NCBI GenBank assembly: GCA_035291225.1 | Contig: DATDSO010000004.1 | Span: 41,298 to 105,297 of the forward strand | Reading direction: 5' to 3' | DNA length: 64,000 nt | Source: an archaeon | Lineage (GTDB): Archaea > Aenigmatarchaeota > Aenigmatarchaeia > Aenigmatarchaeales > JACQIB01 | In this document: one piece after another, positions 26,599 to 35,807 of the stretch | How positions within the stretch are numbered: position 1 is the first letter of the stretch | Layout of the letters: each line of letters starts with the position of its first letter | Made by a program: the position numbers and the translations under genes | Notes under the pieces: generated by a model | The model's database searches: none | Told to the model about the DNA's origin: nothing | Seen by the model: only the letters and a program-made list of their open reading frames with translations

Positions 26599-28071
26599 TT
26601 AAGCGGTTGTGGTTGTTGCTAAAATTGTTGCATTTGTAGCGTTGCTCGCATTCGGTATTACAATTGTATCAGCATACTGCGAGCCTTTTCCAACAAGTTT
26701 GCTGAGTAAGTCCACAAGTCCATTAATCATATCCATTCCTTTGCTAACGAGCGCAATTCCTTTTTCCAGAATTTTACCCTGTGCAATTAAGTCAATAAGA
26801 TAGCTTACATTATCAATAATTTTTGAAGCAAGCGCCGCGCCCTTTTCTGCCAAGAGCGAGCCCGCCTGCACGCACGCGCCATTTACGCAACCCGATGTAC
26901 AGTTTGCAACAAATATGGAAACATTTGTGTCAGAGCAATAAAATTCATTTAGAGTTTGGTTATTCAGACAGCCGTCAATGCTTATTTTCCCTTCGGGATC
27001 CTTGACTGTGCCAAGCTGATAAATTGAGATTCCATCATCGCTATCATTGCAGCCTGGCAAAGTTGATTGTGTTGTTTTATATGGATAGAATGTTGTTGTG
27101 GTGTAAAAAGTTGTTGTGGGCGCGAGAGTTGTAGTTGTGATTTTTGTTGTGGTTGTTGCTCTATCCTCTACGGATGGCTCCGGTTTTTCACAAAGAAATG
27201 GCTCACCCGAAAGAGCAGAATGATAGTAATATTTTACGTTGTTGTAAAACAAAACAACTCTGTAGCCGGGCACGATAGCTTGTGAATAACCAAAACCTTC
27301 TTTTGGGCAGCCGATAGCACTATCGCCCCATGTTACTTTCTGCGCGCTTTCTATTTTTATTTCACCTACAGAAATGTTAAGCCTTTTTGCTAAATCAGAT
27401 AAGGCTTGCGATTTCACTTGCTCCAAAGTTAGTGTAGGTTTAGTTGTCGTAGTTGTTGCTGCTGCAGAATATTTTACGCAAATTCTCCAAGCCCTGTAAT
27501 TTTCTGTTTCATTAAAATGGATTTCCTTGAACGCGCCAGTGTTTTCAAATCCTGTTGGGCACACATCAGGCTCAGCAAAAGAGCCTGTTTGCTCTTTGAA
27601 AATTGTTGTTGCATTTTCAATATTTCCTTTCACACAGAGCCTAAAAACATTTTGAGTCCAGTTGCCTTCGGAAAAATCCCGCTTCTCATCAAGCAAACCG
27701 ATTTCAACTAAACCCACACCACAAACAGCGGGCGCGCATTTTTTTGTTTCATTGCTTATTTTGCTTGAGCATTTGAAGGCTTTGATTTCATCTGCATTAG
27801 CAATGCAAAATTTTTGGTGGATAAATGTTTCTGTTCCATTCAACAAATATTTGTCAGAAATTACAGTTGTGCTTGCTGTGTAAAATTTTAAGCTACACTC
27901 GCTTGGCCAGCAATTTGTTGAAGAGTCTGTGCCGTTTGTCTGCAATTTTAATTTAACTTCGCCTTTTGAACCAAGAGAAATTTTTTCATCGCCGCAAATT
28001 GCAGCGGTCTGGGCAAGGGCGGGAGCGGCTAAGAAAATGAATAAAAGAAAAATTGCCAAGAGTTTTTTCAT
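26599..28071 (-). CDS. Secreted Thr-rich protein with C-terminal copy of the shared Cys module
   Basis: Signal peptide MKKLLAIFLLFIFLAAPALA. Sequons NASNATNAT. Module CNDSDDGISIYQLG...EFYC...CVNGAC. Confidence 0.55.
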   Translation of the reverse strand: MKKLLAIFLLFIFLAAPALAQTAAICGDEKISLGSKGEVKLKLQTNGTDSSTNCWPSECSLKFYTASTTVISDKYLLNGTETFIHQKFCIANADEIKAFKCSSKISNETKKCAPAVCGVGLVEIGLLDEKRDFSEGNWTQNVFRLCVKGNIENATTIFKEQTGSFAEPDVCPTGFENTGAFKEIHFNETENYRAWRICVKYSAAATTTTTKPTLTLEQVKSQALSDLAKRLNISVGEIKIESAQKVTWGDSAIGCPKEGFGYSQAIVPGYRVVLFYNNVKYYYHSALSGEPFLCEKPEPSVEDRATTTTKITTTTLAPTTTFYTTTTFYPYKTTQSTLPGCNDSDDGISIYQLGTVKDPEGKISIDGCLNNQTLNEFYCSDTNVSIFVANCTSGCVNGACVQAGSLLAEKGAALASKIIDNVSYLIDLIAQGKILEKGIALVSKGMDMINGLVDLLSKLVGKGSQYADTIVIPNASNATNATILATTTTA

Positions 28072-28151
28072 AAATAAATCTGGTTTTCCCGATTTAAAAA
28101 CCTAAAAATATACAGTGGGCTTTTTGGAAAACTTCGCGCGCCAAAAATAAA

Positions 28152-29603
28152 TTATTTCAGATTAAATATTGATTTCAGCAAAGCAATTAAATCTTGAATT
28201 AATTTCGCAAGCGGGGAAACGCACGCGCCGTCATTGCAGCCGTTCGCGCAAGTTGTTTCATGCATTGAAACTTCTCCGTCTTTGCAGTAATATTCTGTTA
28301 AATTATTTTCCGCGCAAGCATCCTCGGAAATTTTTCCATCTTTATCTGTTGCAAATCCATGAGAGTAGATTGAAATTCCTCCATCGTTGTCAGAGCATTG
28401 TGTTTGTTTTTTTCCTGCTGTTGGAGTTTCTGGAGAAGCAGGAGTTCCGCACGGCCTTGAGGATTCGCATCCGTTGACAGAATTTCCATCGCAGTCATAG
28501 TATCTTGGATTGCAAAAATTAATTACGCAGAGTCCGTTGGAATAAACCCCCATTCCGTTTGGAACCGGGCAAGTATTTGAAATTGTTGCGTTTGAAAAAA
28601 TATTTGTTGTTGTGGTTAAGTATTGAGTTGTTGCAGTTGCGTTTCCTTGGTCGCCTCGCTGAGGAGATGTTTGCGCTGGAGTTAATGGAGCTGTTGTTGC
28701 AGTTTGATTTGAAGTTGCGTTTGTTGCATTGCTCATCGCAGTTGTAGTTGTTTGCGAAAAGGTTGTTGTGGTCGGGCATGGACCCGGAGAAATCTGAGAT
28801 GCACTTGAACCGCTGCCGCAACAGACTCCTGGATCATAACCGCTCCAAGTATAATAGGCGCCACCATAAACACCAGAACCGCAGATGCATCTTGTAGTTA
28901 TTTGTGCGTTTGCTGCGCATGCGCTGGGAGGGGTTCCTGCTATGCATGCATAAACACCGCCGCCAGCTGTTGTGAAATCACAAATTTTATTTGAAGATGA
29001 ACAGTCTTCTTTAACTGCCTGAACACTCGTAGTAAAAATGCAAGTTCCAGATTGGCATGTCGGAGCTACTTTGTATTGCTCAACTTTTAAACCTGTGGAA
29101 TCGCAGAATGTTGCTCCTGCCCAAGTGGTGCCTGTTATTGCGCAATCAGAATCAGCCGAGCAGCCTGCAGTTGTTGTGGTAGTAGTCGGGGCAGCGGCTA
29201 ATGTTATTGTGCCATCGCTGTAATCATAAACATCTGCAATTGAAGCACCCCCGCAATCATTCCTGTTTGCTTTTGCGCTGCAAGTTCCGATTTTTAGTTT
29301 GTAAGTGCCGGCGTTTACATTGGTTGGGATTGTCCAGCTTGTTGTTCCGGGATTGCCAACAACATTGACTAAATTTGTAATTGAATCTCCGTAACCATAG
29401 CCGCCTGCGGCGTTTGTTAAATCTAAATAAACATAACTGACATTAGATGATGTCCATGAAATTGTAACTGTTGAGCCAATTGTCCAAGTTTCCCCGCCGT
29501 TTGGAGAAGTTACTGTAATTGATTGCGCAGCAAATGCTGGGAAAGAAAAAAATAAAAGCTGGGCTAAAGCAAGAAATAAAACAGATTTTCCTGAGAGGCA
29601 CAT
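28152..29603 (-). CDS. Secreted Thr-rich protein with N-terminal beta-sandwich domain and C-terminal shared Cys module
   Basis: Signal peptide. N-terminal ITVTSPNGGETWTIGSTVTISW motif. Sequons NATNATSNQT. Module CSDNDGGISIYSHG...EYYC...CNDGAC. Confidence 0.55.
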   Translation of the reverse strand: MCLSGKSVLFLALAQLLFFSFPAFAAQSITVTSPNGGETWTIGSTVTISWTSSNVSYVYLDLTNAAGGYGYGDSITNLVNVVGNPGTTSWTIPTNVNAGTYKLKIGTCSAKANRNDCGGASIADVYDYSDGTITLAAAPTTTTTTAGCSADSDCAITGTTWAGATFCDSTGLKVEQYKVAPTCQSGTCIFTTSVQAVKEDCSSSNKICDFTTAGGGVYACIAGTPPSACAANAQITTRCICGSGVYGGAYYTWSGYDPGVCCGSGSSASQISPGPCPTTTTFSQTTTTAMSNATNATSNQTATTAPLTPAQTSPQRGDQGNATATTQYLTTTTNIFSNATISNTCPVPNGMGVYSNGLCVINFCNPRYYDCDGNSVNGCESSRPCGTPASPETPTAGKKQTQCSDNDGGISIYSHGFATDKDGKISEDACAENNLTEYYCKDGEVSMHETTCANGCNDGACVSPLAKLIQDLIALLKSIFNLK

Positions 29604-29633
29604 GAAAAGTTATCTTAAAGCCTATTTAAAAAC

Positions 29634-30104
29634 TTAAGCGCACCCTGCGGGCTTTGCTGTAAACTGCACACAGACCTTTTGCAAAAGCTCTGCGCTTGTT
29701 GGCGCGCTTTCAATTCTATCCGAGCCTTTTCCCAAAATTATAATTGTCGGAAACTTTTCCAAGCTATTGCTTTGAATTTCGCTGTAGAAATATTTTGTGT
29801 CTATATTTTCAACAACAATATTTGAACCCAGCTTTGAGAAGAGTTTTAGAACTTCAGATTTTGCCTCACCACAGCTGTCGCAGTTTTCTGATGTGTAAAT
29901 TTTCATAATGACTTTTCCGCGGGAAATCAGATTTTGCTCATCGCTTCCGGAAAGCGGCTGGTCGTAAATCGGCTGCTCTTCTCCGCTGGTTGTGCCGCCT
30001 CCTGTAAGCGAGGAAATTATTGCAAACGCAAAACCGCTGAATACAAATGAAACTAAAATAAAAAGCGCGATAATTTGTTTTTTCTTTTGGTCCATTTCAA
30101 TCAC
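29634..30104 (-). CDS. Membrane-anchored thioredoxin-fold protein (CxxC)
   Basis: N-terminal TM helix followed by a thioredoxin-like region with CDSC (ENCDSCGEAKSEV). Confidence 0.5.
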   Translation of the reverse strand: MIEMDQKKKQIIALFILVSFVFSGFAFAIISSLTGGGTTSGEEQPIYDQPLSGSDEQNLISRGKVIMKIYTSENCDSCGEAKSEVLKLFSKLGSNIVVENIDTKYFYSEIQSNSLEKFPTIIILGKGSDRIESAPTSAELLQKVCVQFTAKPAGCA

Positions 30105-30957
30105 CCAAAATTTTGGCTGCTAGGGATTTAAGCTCTTTCAGTTTTTTAAAGTTTATATGGGTCAGGCTGCGAAGTTTTTCAATTTCAATTGAGTCAATGT
30201 CTTTCAGCAACATTAATCCGGCATCTCCAAAGCGCTGTTCATCCTCTTCACTTAAATTCGCAAGCAAAGTTATTGGATAAAGTTTTTTGCTTTCAATTAA
30301 AAACTGCAGGCTTTCGGTTTTTGGGTAGTGCCAGCCCACAAGCTTGAGCCCAGCAAAATTTGCATATTTAATTGCATCACTGGAAAATTTTGTGTTGCTC
30401 ACAAGCCACATTCCGGAAAATTCTTTTGTGCGTGCGCTTATATCCAGAAAGCGCGCCCATGTGTACATTGCCTCGTGCAGGCCTGTGAAAATTCCGGGAG
30501 CGTTGTGGTATTTTGCCTCAATCAGAAATTTCTTCCCGTCCTTTTCTGCAAGAACATCAATTTCGTGCATCACTCCTGAAGCTCCTCGGACAAACTGATC
30601 TGTCTGAAAAGAATAGCCGTGGTTGAAAAGAATTTCCCCGAAAAAAGTTTCAAAGCCAAATCCCGCCGGCCCAAGCCTTAACAAAGCTCCGGATAAATCA
30701 TAGCGGCTGGCTGCTGCTGTGTTTTCTTTTTTCAAAAGCGAGAGAACCAATTTTAAAATTTCTCTTGTGGAAATTCCATTGTAAATTTTTTTCTCTATTT
30801 CAGAGGAAATTTTTTCTGCTGTCTGTTTGGAAGCGCCTGCGCGCATGCAGGTGCGCAGGATTTTTTCTCGGTTGAAAGGCTCGGTGCTGCCTGAGGATTT
30901 GGTTACTAATATCATAGAAATTGCTTGTATAGAGCTAAATAAAAATCTGCTAATCAT
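30097..30957 (-). CDS. ATP-cone domain fused to Mrr-like PD-(D/E)xK nuclease domain
   Basis: ATP-cone-like N-terminus (ILVTKSSGSTEPFNREKILRTCMRAG...). Nuclease core HEIDVLAEKDGKKFLIEAKYH with a D...E-x-K arrangement. Confidence 0.55.
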   Translation of the reverse strand: MISRFLFSSIQAISMILVTKSSGSTEPFNREKILRTCMRAGASKQTAEKISSEIEKKIYNGISTREILKLVLSLLKKENTAAASRYDLSGALLRLGPAGFGFETFFGEILFNHGYSFQTDQFVRGASGVMHEIDVLAEKDGKKFLIEAKYHNAPGIFTGLHEAMYTWARFLDISARTKEFSGMWLVSNTKFSSDAIKYANFAGLKLVGWHYPKTESLQFLIESKKLYPITLLANLSEEDEQRFGDAGLMLLKDIDSIEIEKLRSLTHINFKKLKELKSLAAKILGD

Positions 30958-31619
30958 TCAATTGTTTCCAGAAACTTCTTTGCTATATCGGCGACATTTT
31001 CATCGTCGTGAATACCTGTCCATGGGTCTGATTTAGAAACAATATTTACAACAATAATATTCGCGCCGTTGAAAATCGCGCTTCTTGCTTCCCGCAAATC
31101 AACACCGCCTGCGGCAGAAATCAAAACATCATACTTGCTCCTTATTTTATTAATATGTTTGTATTTGATCACTTTGCCGCGAGTTGTTTCCTCATCTCTG
31201 CCTTTGTGTAGTATAACTACTATTGGCGATTTTTTTAATTTCAATAAAACTTTCAGGGGCTCCTCGACTCCAATCATATCAACCATAGAATCCAAGCCCA
31301 ATTCCTCGCATTTTTCTATAAATAAATTCAATGTTTCAACAGAAGCGCTGCCTAAAACAGTAGCAGCTGTTGCTCCTGCTTTCTGAGCAAGCTCAACTTC
31401 TTCAGCTGCGCCGTCCATAGTTTTCAAATCAGCTACAACATTTCCCCCCCATAAACTTTTTATTTGGCTTATTCCGCGAAAACCTTCTCTTTTGATAAAT
31501 GGAGTTCCAGCTTCTATCAAAATTCTGTCACTCTTTTCTATTAGTGGAAGTATTCTATAAACAGAACTCAAATCATCATTAAAAGCAATTTGCAGATATC
31601 TTGTTTTGGTATCAAGCAT
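30954..31619 (-). CDS. hps: 3-hexulose-6-phosphate synthase (OMPDC-suprafamily)
   Basis: LQIAFNDD...IEAGTPFIK...VVADLKTMDGAAEEVELAQKAGATAATVLG matches the HPS/KGPDC pattern. Confidence 0.65.
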   Translation of the reverse strand: MLDTKTRYLQIAFNDDLSSVYRILPLIEKSDRILIEAGTPFIKREGFRGISQIKSLWGGNVVADLKTMDGAAEEVELAQKAGATAATVLGSASVETLNLFIEKCEELGLDSMVDMIGVEEPLKVLLKLKKSPIVVILHKGRDEETTRGKVIKYKHINKIRSKYDVLISAAGGVDLREARSAIFNGANIIVVNIVSKSDPWTGIHDDENVADIAKKFLETIE

Positions 31620-31627
31620 AAGCTCCC

Positions 31628-32374
31628 CTACTTATTGATGAGCTTTTTTGCAATTTCTCCCATGTCAGAAGGTAAGAATAAAACTATTTTTTCAGATGGA
31701 TCGGCTGCTATGTCTCTTATTGTTTGTAAAGTTCTCAAATGAATGGCTGCTGGGTTTTTGGAAAGCGTTTCAGCTGCTTTTTTTAAGTTCTCCGAGGCTT
31801 TCAGCTCTCCTTCTGCAGCAATTATTACAGCTCTTTTTTCTCTCTCGGCTTCCGCTTGCTTCGCCATTGCTCTTTTCATTTCTGCAGGCAGTTCCATTTC
31901 TTGTATTTTTATTGATTCTATGTTAATACCCCAACCAGAAGTTTCTGAATCAACAATTGCTTTTATGTTTGTAGCAATTTTTTCCCTTTCTGTGAGAGCA
32001 GAATCAAGTTCGGCATTTCCTATAACATCTCTCAAAGCTGCTTGTGTAAACTGCTTTACAGCGAATTCGAAATCTTCAATTTTTATAATCACATCTTCCG
32101 GTCTTTCAACTTTGAAATAAACAACCGCATTTGCCAAAAGCGGGATGTTGTCTTTTGTCATGACTTCCTGGCGCGGGATTTCTGCTGTTTTTATTCTCAT
32201 GTCAACTTTTCTCATTGTTTGAATTATTGGTATTATGAAATTAAGTCCTGGATTTAGAACGTGGCTATATTTCCCTAAAGTAAAAATCACTCCTCGCTCA
32301 TATTGGTAGATGAGCCTGATTGCAGAACTAAGAATTATCAATGCTATTACAAAACCAATAATTTCGAAAACCAT
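31628..32374 (-). CDS. SPFH/band-7 (stomatin/prohibitin-like) membrane protein
   Basis: N-terminal TM helix, an SPFH core (TKDNIPLLANAVVYFKV), then a coiled-coil region rich in A, E and R. Confidence 0.85.
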   Translation of the reverse strand: MVFEIIGFVIALIILSSAIRLIYQYERGVIFTLGKYSHVLNPGLNFIIPIIQTMRKVDMRIKTAEIPRQEVMTKDNIPLLANAVVYFKVERPEDVIIKIEDFEFAVKQFTQAALRDVIGNAELDSALTEREKIATNIKAIVDSETSGWGINIESIKIQEMELPAEMKRAMAKQAEAEREKRAVIIAAEGELKASENLKKAAETLSKNPAAIHLRTLQTIRDIAADPSEKIVLFLPSDMGEIAKKLINK

Positions 32375-32428
32375 GAGCTCATCTGAAATACTAAGACAGA
32401 ACGTATTTATAAAACTTCATGTTTACAT

Positions 32429-32767
32429 TCAGCACGTCACATGGAAAACAGCAGCAACTTTTCTTCCGCGGCCGAGCTTGTTGAATTCCTGAACAGCCTG
32501 CGGAGTTGGCTTGGAAATTATTTCAACACCCTCGAGCTGGCAGGCAACAATTCCATCAGCATCAACTTTCATTAGTCCCGAGTTTCCTGTGCCGATTACA
32601 ATCACGTTTGGCTCGTGCATCAGCAAATCTGAGATTTCATTTTTAGAAACTGTGTGGGTTCTTTCCCTTTCCCTGATTTCGCCGGATGGCAAAATCTGCA
32701 AATCTCTGTCAAATTTTTTCCCGTCAATTATCATTGAACCGAAATAGGAGCTGTCTATTTTTGCCAT
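32429..32767 (-). CDS. Mth938-like domain protein (DUF498)
   Basis: The NVIVIGTGNSGLMKV...KVAAVFHVTC pattern. The start at MAKIDSSYF is preferred over the longer ORF. Confidence 0.45.
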   Translation of the reverse strand: MAKIDSSYFGSMIIDGKKFDRDLQILPSGEIRERERTHTVSKNEISDLLMHEPNVIVIGTGNSGLMKVDADGIVACQLEGVEIISKPTPQAVQEFNKLGRGRKVAAVFHVTC

Positions 32768-32833
32768 GGAACTCAAAATAGATTTACGCTTATAATTTAA
32801 ATATGTTATGGACAAATAGTCGTTGATTGCAAT

Positions 32834-32935
32834 AGCCCCGTCGTCTAGTGGCCAAATTTTCAGGCTATGGATAACTGGCTCTGATCTCAGAAGAGAAACC
32901 AGTTGACATCTGTTCGAATCAGATCGGGGCTACCA
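32834..32935 (+). tRNA. tRNA-Gln (anticodon CUG) with a 13-nt anticodon-loop intron, an oversized D-loop (probable second insert) and an encoded CCA
   Basis: - **Arms:** acceptor AGCCCCG/CGGGGCT, T-arm ATCTG-TTCGAAT-CAGAT, anticodon stem ACTGG/CCAGT.
- **Anticodon loop and intron:** the loop is CUCUGA followed by the insert UCUCAGAAGAGAA and then A, which gives anticodon CUG after excision at 37/38. The loop and intron are complementary, which fits a bulge-helix-bulge (BHB) splicing structure.
- **D-loop:** 22 nt, against the usual 8-11. Confidence 0.65.
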
Positions 32936-33103
32936 ACTTTTTTATTTTTCTCTTATGTTTTCGCGCATAGAAATGTTTATAAGTCAATTTACTCATGGTT
33001 TTGAATTGTGTTTTGCTCTCGCGAGAAATTTCTGCCATTAGAGTGGCTCAGCTAAAAATATGTTTTGGAAAATCGCGCGCGGGCGCATCTGCTCTGAGAA
33101 TTT

Positions 33104-35803
33104 TTGTGTGATAATATGGCTGAAGCAATGCTGCAACTTGGTTCAATGAATTTTTCGGAAAAAGGCTTGAGGCTAAAAAGAAAATTCACAAAAGAAAATG
33201 TCCACCCATATGATGAAATTTCCTGGGAAAAAAGAGATGCAATTATAAAAAATGAGCGGGGGGAAATTGTTTTTGAGCAGCGCGGAGTTGAGATTCCGGC
33301 AGAGTGGTCGCAGAATTCGACAAATATTGTTGTTTCAAAATATTTTCGTGGGAAGCTCGGGGCTCCCGAAAGGGAGACTTCTGCAAGGCAAATGATTGAC
33401 AGGGTTGTGAAAACTATTGGAAGTTGGGGACGCGCAGGCGGATATTTTGCAAATGAGGAGTCTGCGAAAATTTTTGAAGGTGAGCTCGCGTACATGCTTG
33501 TTAACCAAATGTTTTCTTTTAATAGCCCGGTTTGGTTTAATGTTGGTGTTGATGCAAGTCCACAGACGAGCGCGTGCTTTATTTTGGACATCAAAGATAC
33601 AATGCAGGATATTTTGCGATGGTATGCAACCGAGGGAATGATTTTTAAATTCGGCTCGGGCTCGGGAATAAATATTTCGCCGCTCAGAGGCTCGAAAGAA
33701 TTTTTAGCTGGTGGGGGGAATTCTTCCGGACCTGTTGCTTACATGAAAGCTGCGGATGTCTCTGCGGGGACAATTAAATCTGGTGGGAAAACGCGAAGGG
33801 CGGCAAAAATGGTAATTCTAAACTCAGATCATCCGGATATTGTTGAATTCATAAATTGTAAAGCAACAGAAGAGAAAAAAGCTTGGGCGCTTATTGATGC
33901 TGGGTATGATGGGGGTTTCAATGTTCCGGGCGGGGCGTATGATTCTGTTTTTTTCCAGAATGCAAATCATTCTGTGCGTGCGACAGATGAATTTATGAAA
34001 GCAGTTGAGCGAGATGATTCTTGGCAGACAAAATTTGTGAAAAGCGGCGCGCCTGCTGAAACTTACAAGTCACGCGAACTTATAAAAATGATTGCAGAGG
34101 CTGTGTGGGTTTGCGGGGATCCTGGAATGCAGTTTGATACAACTGTAAATATGTGGCACACATGCAAAGCAAGCGGAAGAATTAATGGAAGCAATCCATG
34201 CAGTGAATATATGTTTATCGATAACACCTCCTGCAATTTAGCGAGCATAAATTTAATGAAATTCAAGAATACTGAAAATGGAATAGATATTGAAAAATTT
34301 GAGCACGCCGTTGATTTGATAATTACTGCCATGGAAGTTTTAGTTTCAAACTCAAGCTATCCAACTGAGGAGATTACAAAAAATAGCAGAAACTTCAGAC
34401 CTTTAGGTTTCGGCTATGCGAATCTAGGAGCACTTCTAATGAGCCGCGGGCTTGCGTACGACAGCGAGGAAGGGAGAAATTTTTCTGCTGCAATAACTTC
34501 TCTGCTTTGCGGCAGAGCTTATTTGCAGTCTTCTGCTCTGGCAAAAACTGTCGGGCCTTTCAATTTCTATAGGGAAAATGAAAAATCTTTTTTGGAAGTT
34601 ATTGGAATGCATACAGAGGCTGCGCAGAAAATTTATCAAAATGGAGTGCCGGAAAATTTGCTTGCGGAAGCGAAAAATGTTTGGGCTTCTGCACTTGAGC
34701 ATGGAAAAGAATTTGGATTTAGAAATTCACAGGCATCTGTTTTGGCTCCGACTGGAACAATTGGCTTTATGATGGACTGCGACACAACAGGAGTTGAGCC
34801 GGACATTGCGCTTGTGAAATACAAACGCTTGGTTGGCGGGGGAATGATGAAAATTGTGAATAGAACCGTGCCTGAGGCTTTGGAAAATTTGGGATACAAT
34901 GAGGAGCAGAGAAAACAAATTTTGGATTATATTGAAAAGAATGACACAATTGAGGGCGCGCCATTTTTGCGTGAGGAGGATTTGAAAGTTTTTGACTGCG
35001 CGTTCAAGCCTGCAAATGGCAAGAGAGCAATTCATTATATGGGCCATGTGAAAATGATGGCTGCGGTTCAGCCTTTTTTGAGCGGGGCGATTAGCAAAAC
35101 TGTAAATATGCCAGCAGAAGCAACGCCTGAAGAAATCGCAGAAACTTATTTGGCTGCTTGGAAAATGGGATTGAAAGCAATTGCAATTTACAGAGATGGC
35201 TCAAAGAGAACTCAGCCGCTTTCAACAAAACTTGAGAAAAAAGAATTCAAAGCAAACAAAAGAAAACTTCCGGACGAGCGGCAGTCTGTAACTCATAAGT
35301 TCAATATCAATGGGCATGAGGGATATATTACTGTGGGCTTGTATGAGGATGGGCAGCCCGGAGAGCTTTTTATAAAAATGTCAAAACAGGGCAGCACGAT
35401 TTCCGGAATAATGGATTCGTTTGCGCTCGCGATTTCAATGGCCCTGCAATATGGTGTTCCTCTTAAAGAATTGGTTGGAAAATTTATTCACACGCGATTT
35501 GAGCCTTCTGGAATTACTGATAATAAAGATATAAAATTTGCGCGCTCTGTAATGGATTATATTTTCACTTGGATGGCTCTAAAATATTTGAACTCAGAAG
35601 ATCAGGAAGAGTTTGGGGTGAAAAGTTTTCAGAAAACTTTGGTTGGGATTTCTACAGAGAAAGAAAAGAAGAAAGATGAGAAGGGATTTACAATTGACTT
35701 GCAGGAGGATTCGCCGCCGTGCTTTATCTGCGGGAGTATAATGATTAGGAGCGGCTCGTGCTACAAATGCGTGAACTGCGGCTCAACTTCTGGATGCTCG
35801 TGA
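33104..35803 (+). CDS. nrdJ: Ribonucleoside-triphosphate/diphosphate reductase, class II (adenosylcobalamin-dependent)
   Basis: 899 aa monomeric class II RNR. The motifs PCSEYMFIDNTSCNLASINL and a C-terminal zinc ribbon (CFICGSIMIRSGSCYKCVNCG). Confidence 0.9.
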   Translation: MCDNMAEAMLQLGSMNFSEKGLRLKRKFTKENVHPYDEISWEKRDAIIKNERGEIVFEQRGVEIPAEWSQNSTNIVVSKYFRGKLGAPERETSARQMIDRVVKTIGSWGRAGGYFANEESAKIFEGELAYMLVNQMFSFNSPVWFNVGVDASPQTSACFILDIKDTMQDILRWYATEGMIFKFGSGSGINISPLRGSKEFLAGGGNSSGPVAYMKAADVSAGTIKSGGKTRRAAKMVILNSDHPDIVEFINCKATEEKKAWALIDAGYDGGFNVPGGAYDSVFFQNANHSVRATDEFMKAVERDDSWQTKFVKSGAPAETYKSRELIKMIAEAVWVCGDPGMQFDTTVNMWHTCKASGRINGSNPCSEYMFIDNTSCNLASINLMKFKNTENGIDIEKFEHAVDLIITAMEVLVSNSSYPTEEITKNSRNFRPLGFGYANLGALLMSRGLAYDSEEGRNFSAAITSLLCGRAYLQSSALAKTVGPFNFYRENEKSFLEVIGMHTEAAQKIYQNGVPENLLAEAKNVWASALEHGKEFGFRNSQASVLAPTGTIGFMMDCDTTGVEPDIALVKYKRLVGGGMMKIVNRTVPEALENLGYNEEQRKQILDYIEKNDTIEGAPFLREEDLKVFDCAFKPANGKRAIHYMGHVKMMAAVQPFLSGAISKTVNMPAEATPEEIAETYLAAWKMGLKAIAIYRDGSKRTQPLSTKLEKKEFKANKRKLPDERQSVTHKFNINGHEGYITVGLYEDGQPGELFIKMSKQGSTISGIMDSFALAISMALQYGVPLKELVGKFIHTRFEPSGITDNKDIKFARSVMDYIFTWMALKYLNSEDQEEFGVKSFQKTLVGISTEKEKKKDEKGFTIDLQEDSPPCFICGSIMIRSGSCYKCVNCGSTSGCS

Positions 35804-35807
35804 TTGC

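Noticed and set aside
23852-29603. Considered whether the Thr-rich ORFs are low-complexity artefacts
   Set aside because: Each has a canonical signal peptide, long uninterrupted frames (483-902 aa) and a shared, precisely conserved cysteine module. All of this argues for genuine genes.
33052-33594. 180-aa ORF antisense to the nrdJ 5' region, and other 60-200-aa ORFs embedded in or antisense to large confident genes (for example 21008-21616, 6098-6727, 3320-3856, 47308-47787)
   Set aside because: They overlap high-confidence coding regions on the opposite strand or in another frame and have no recognisable domains.
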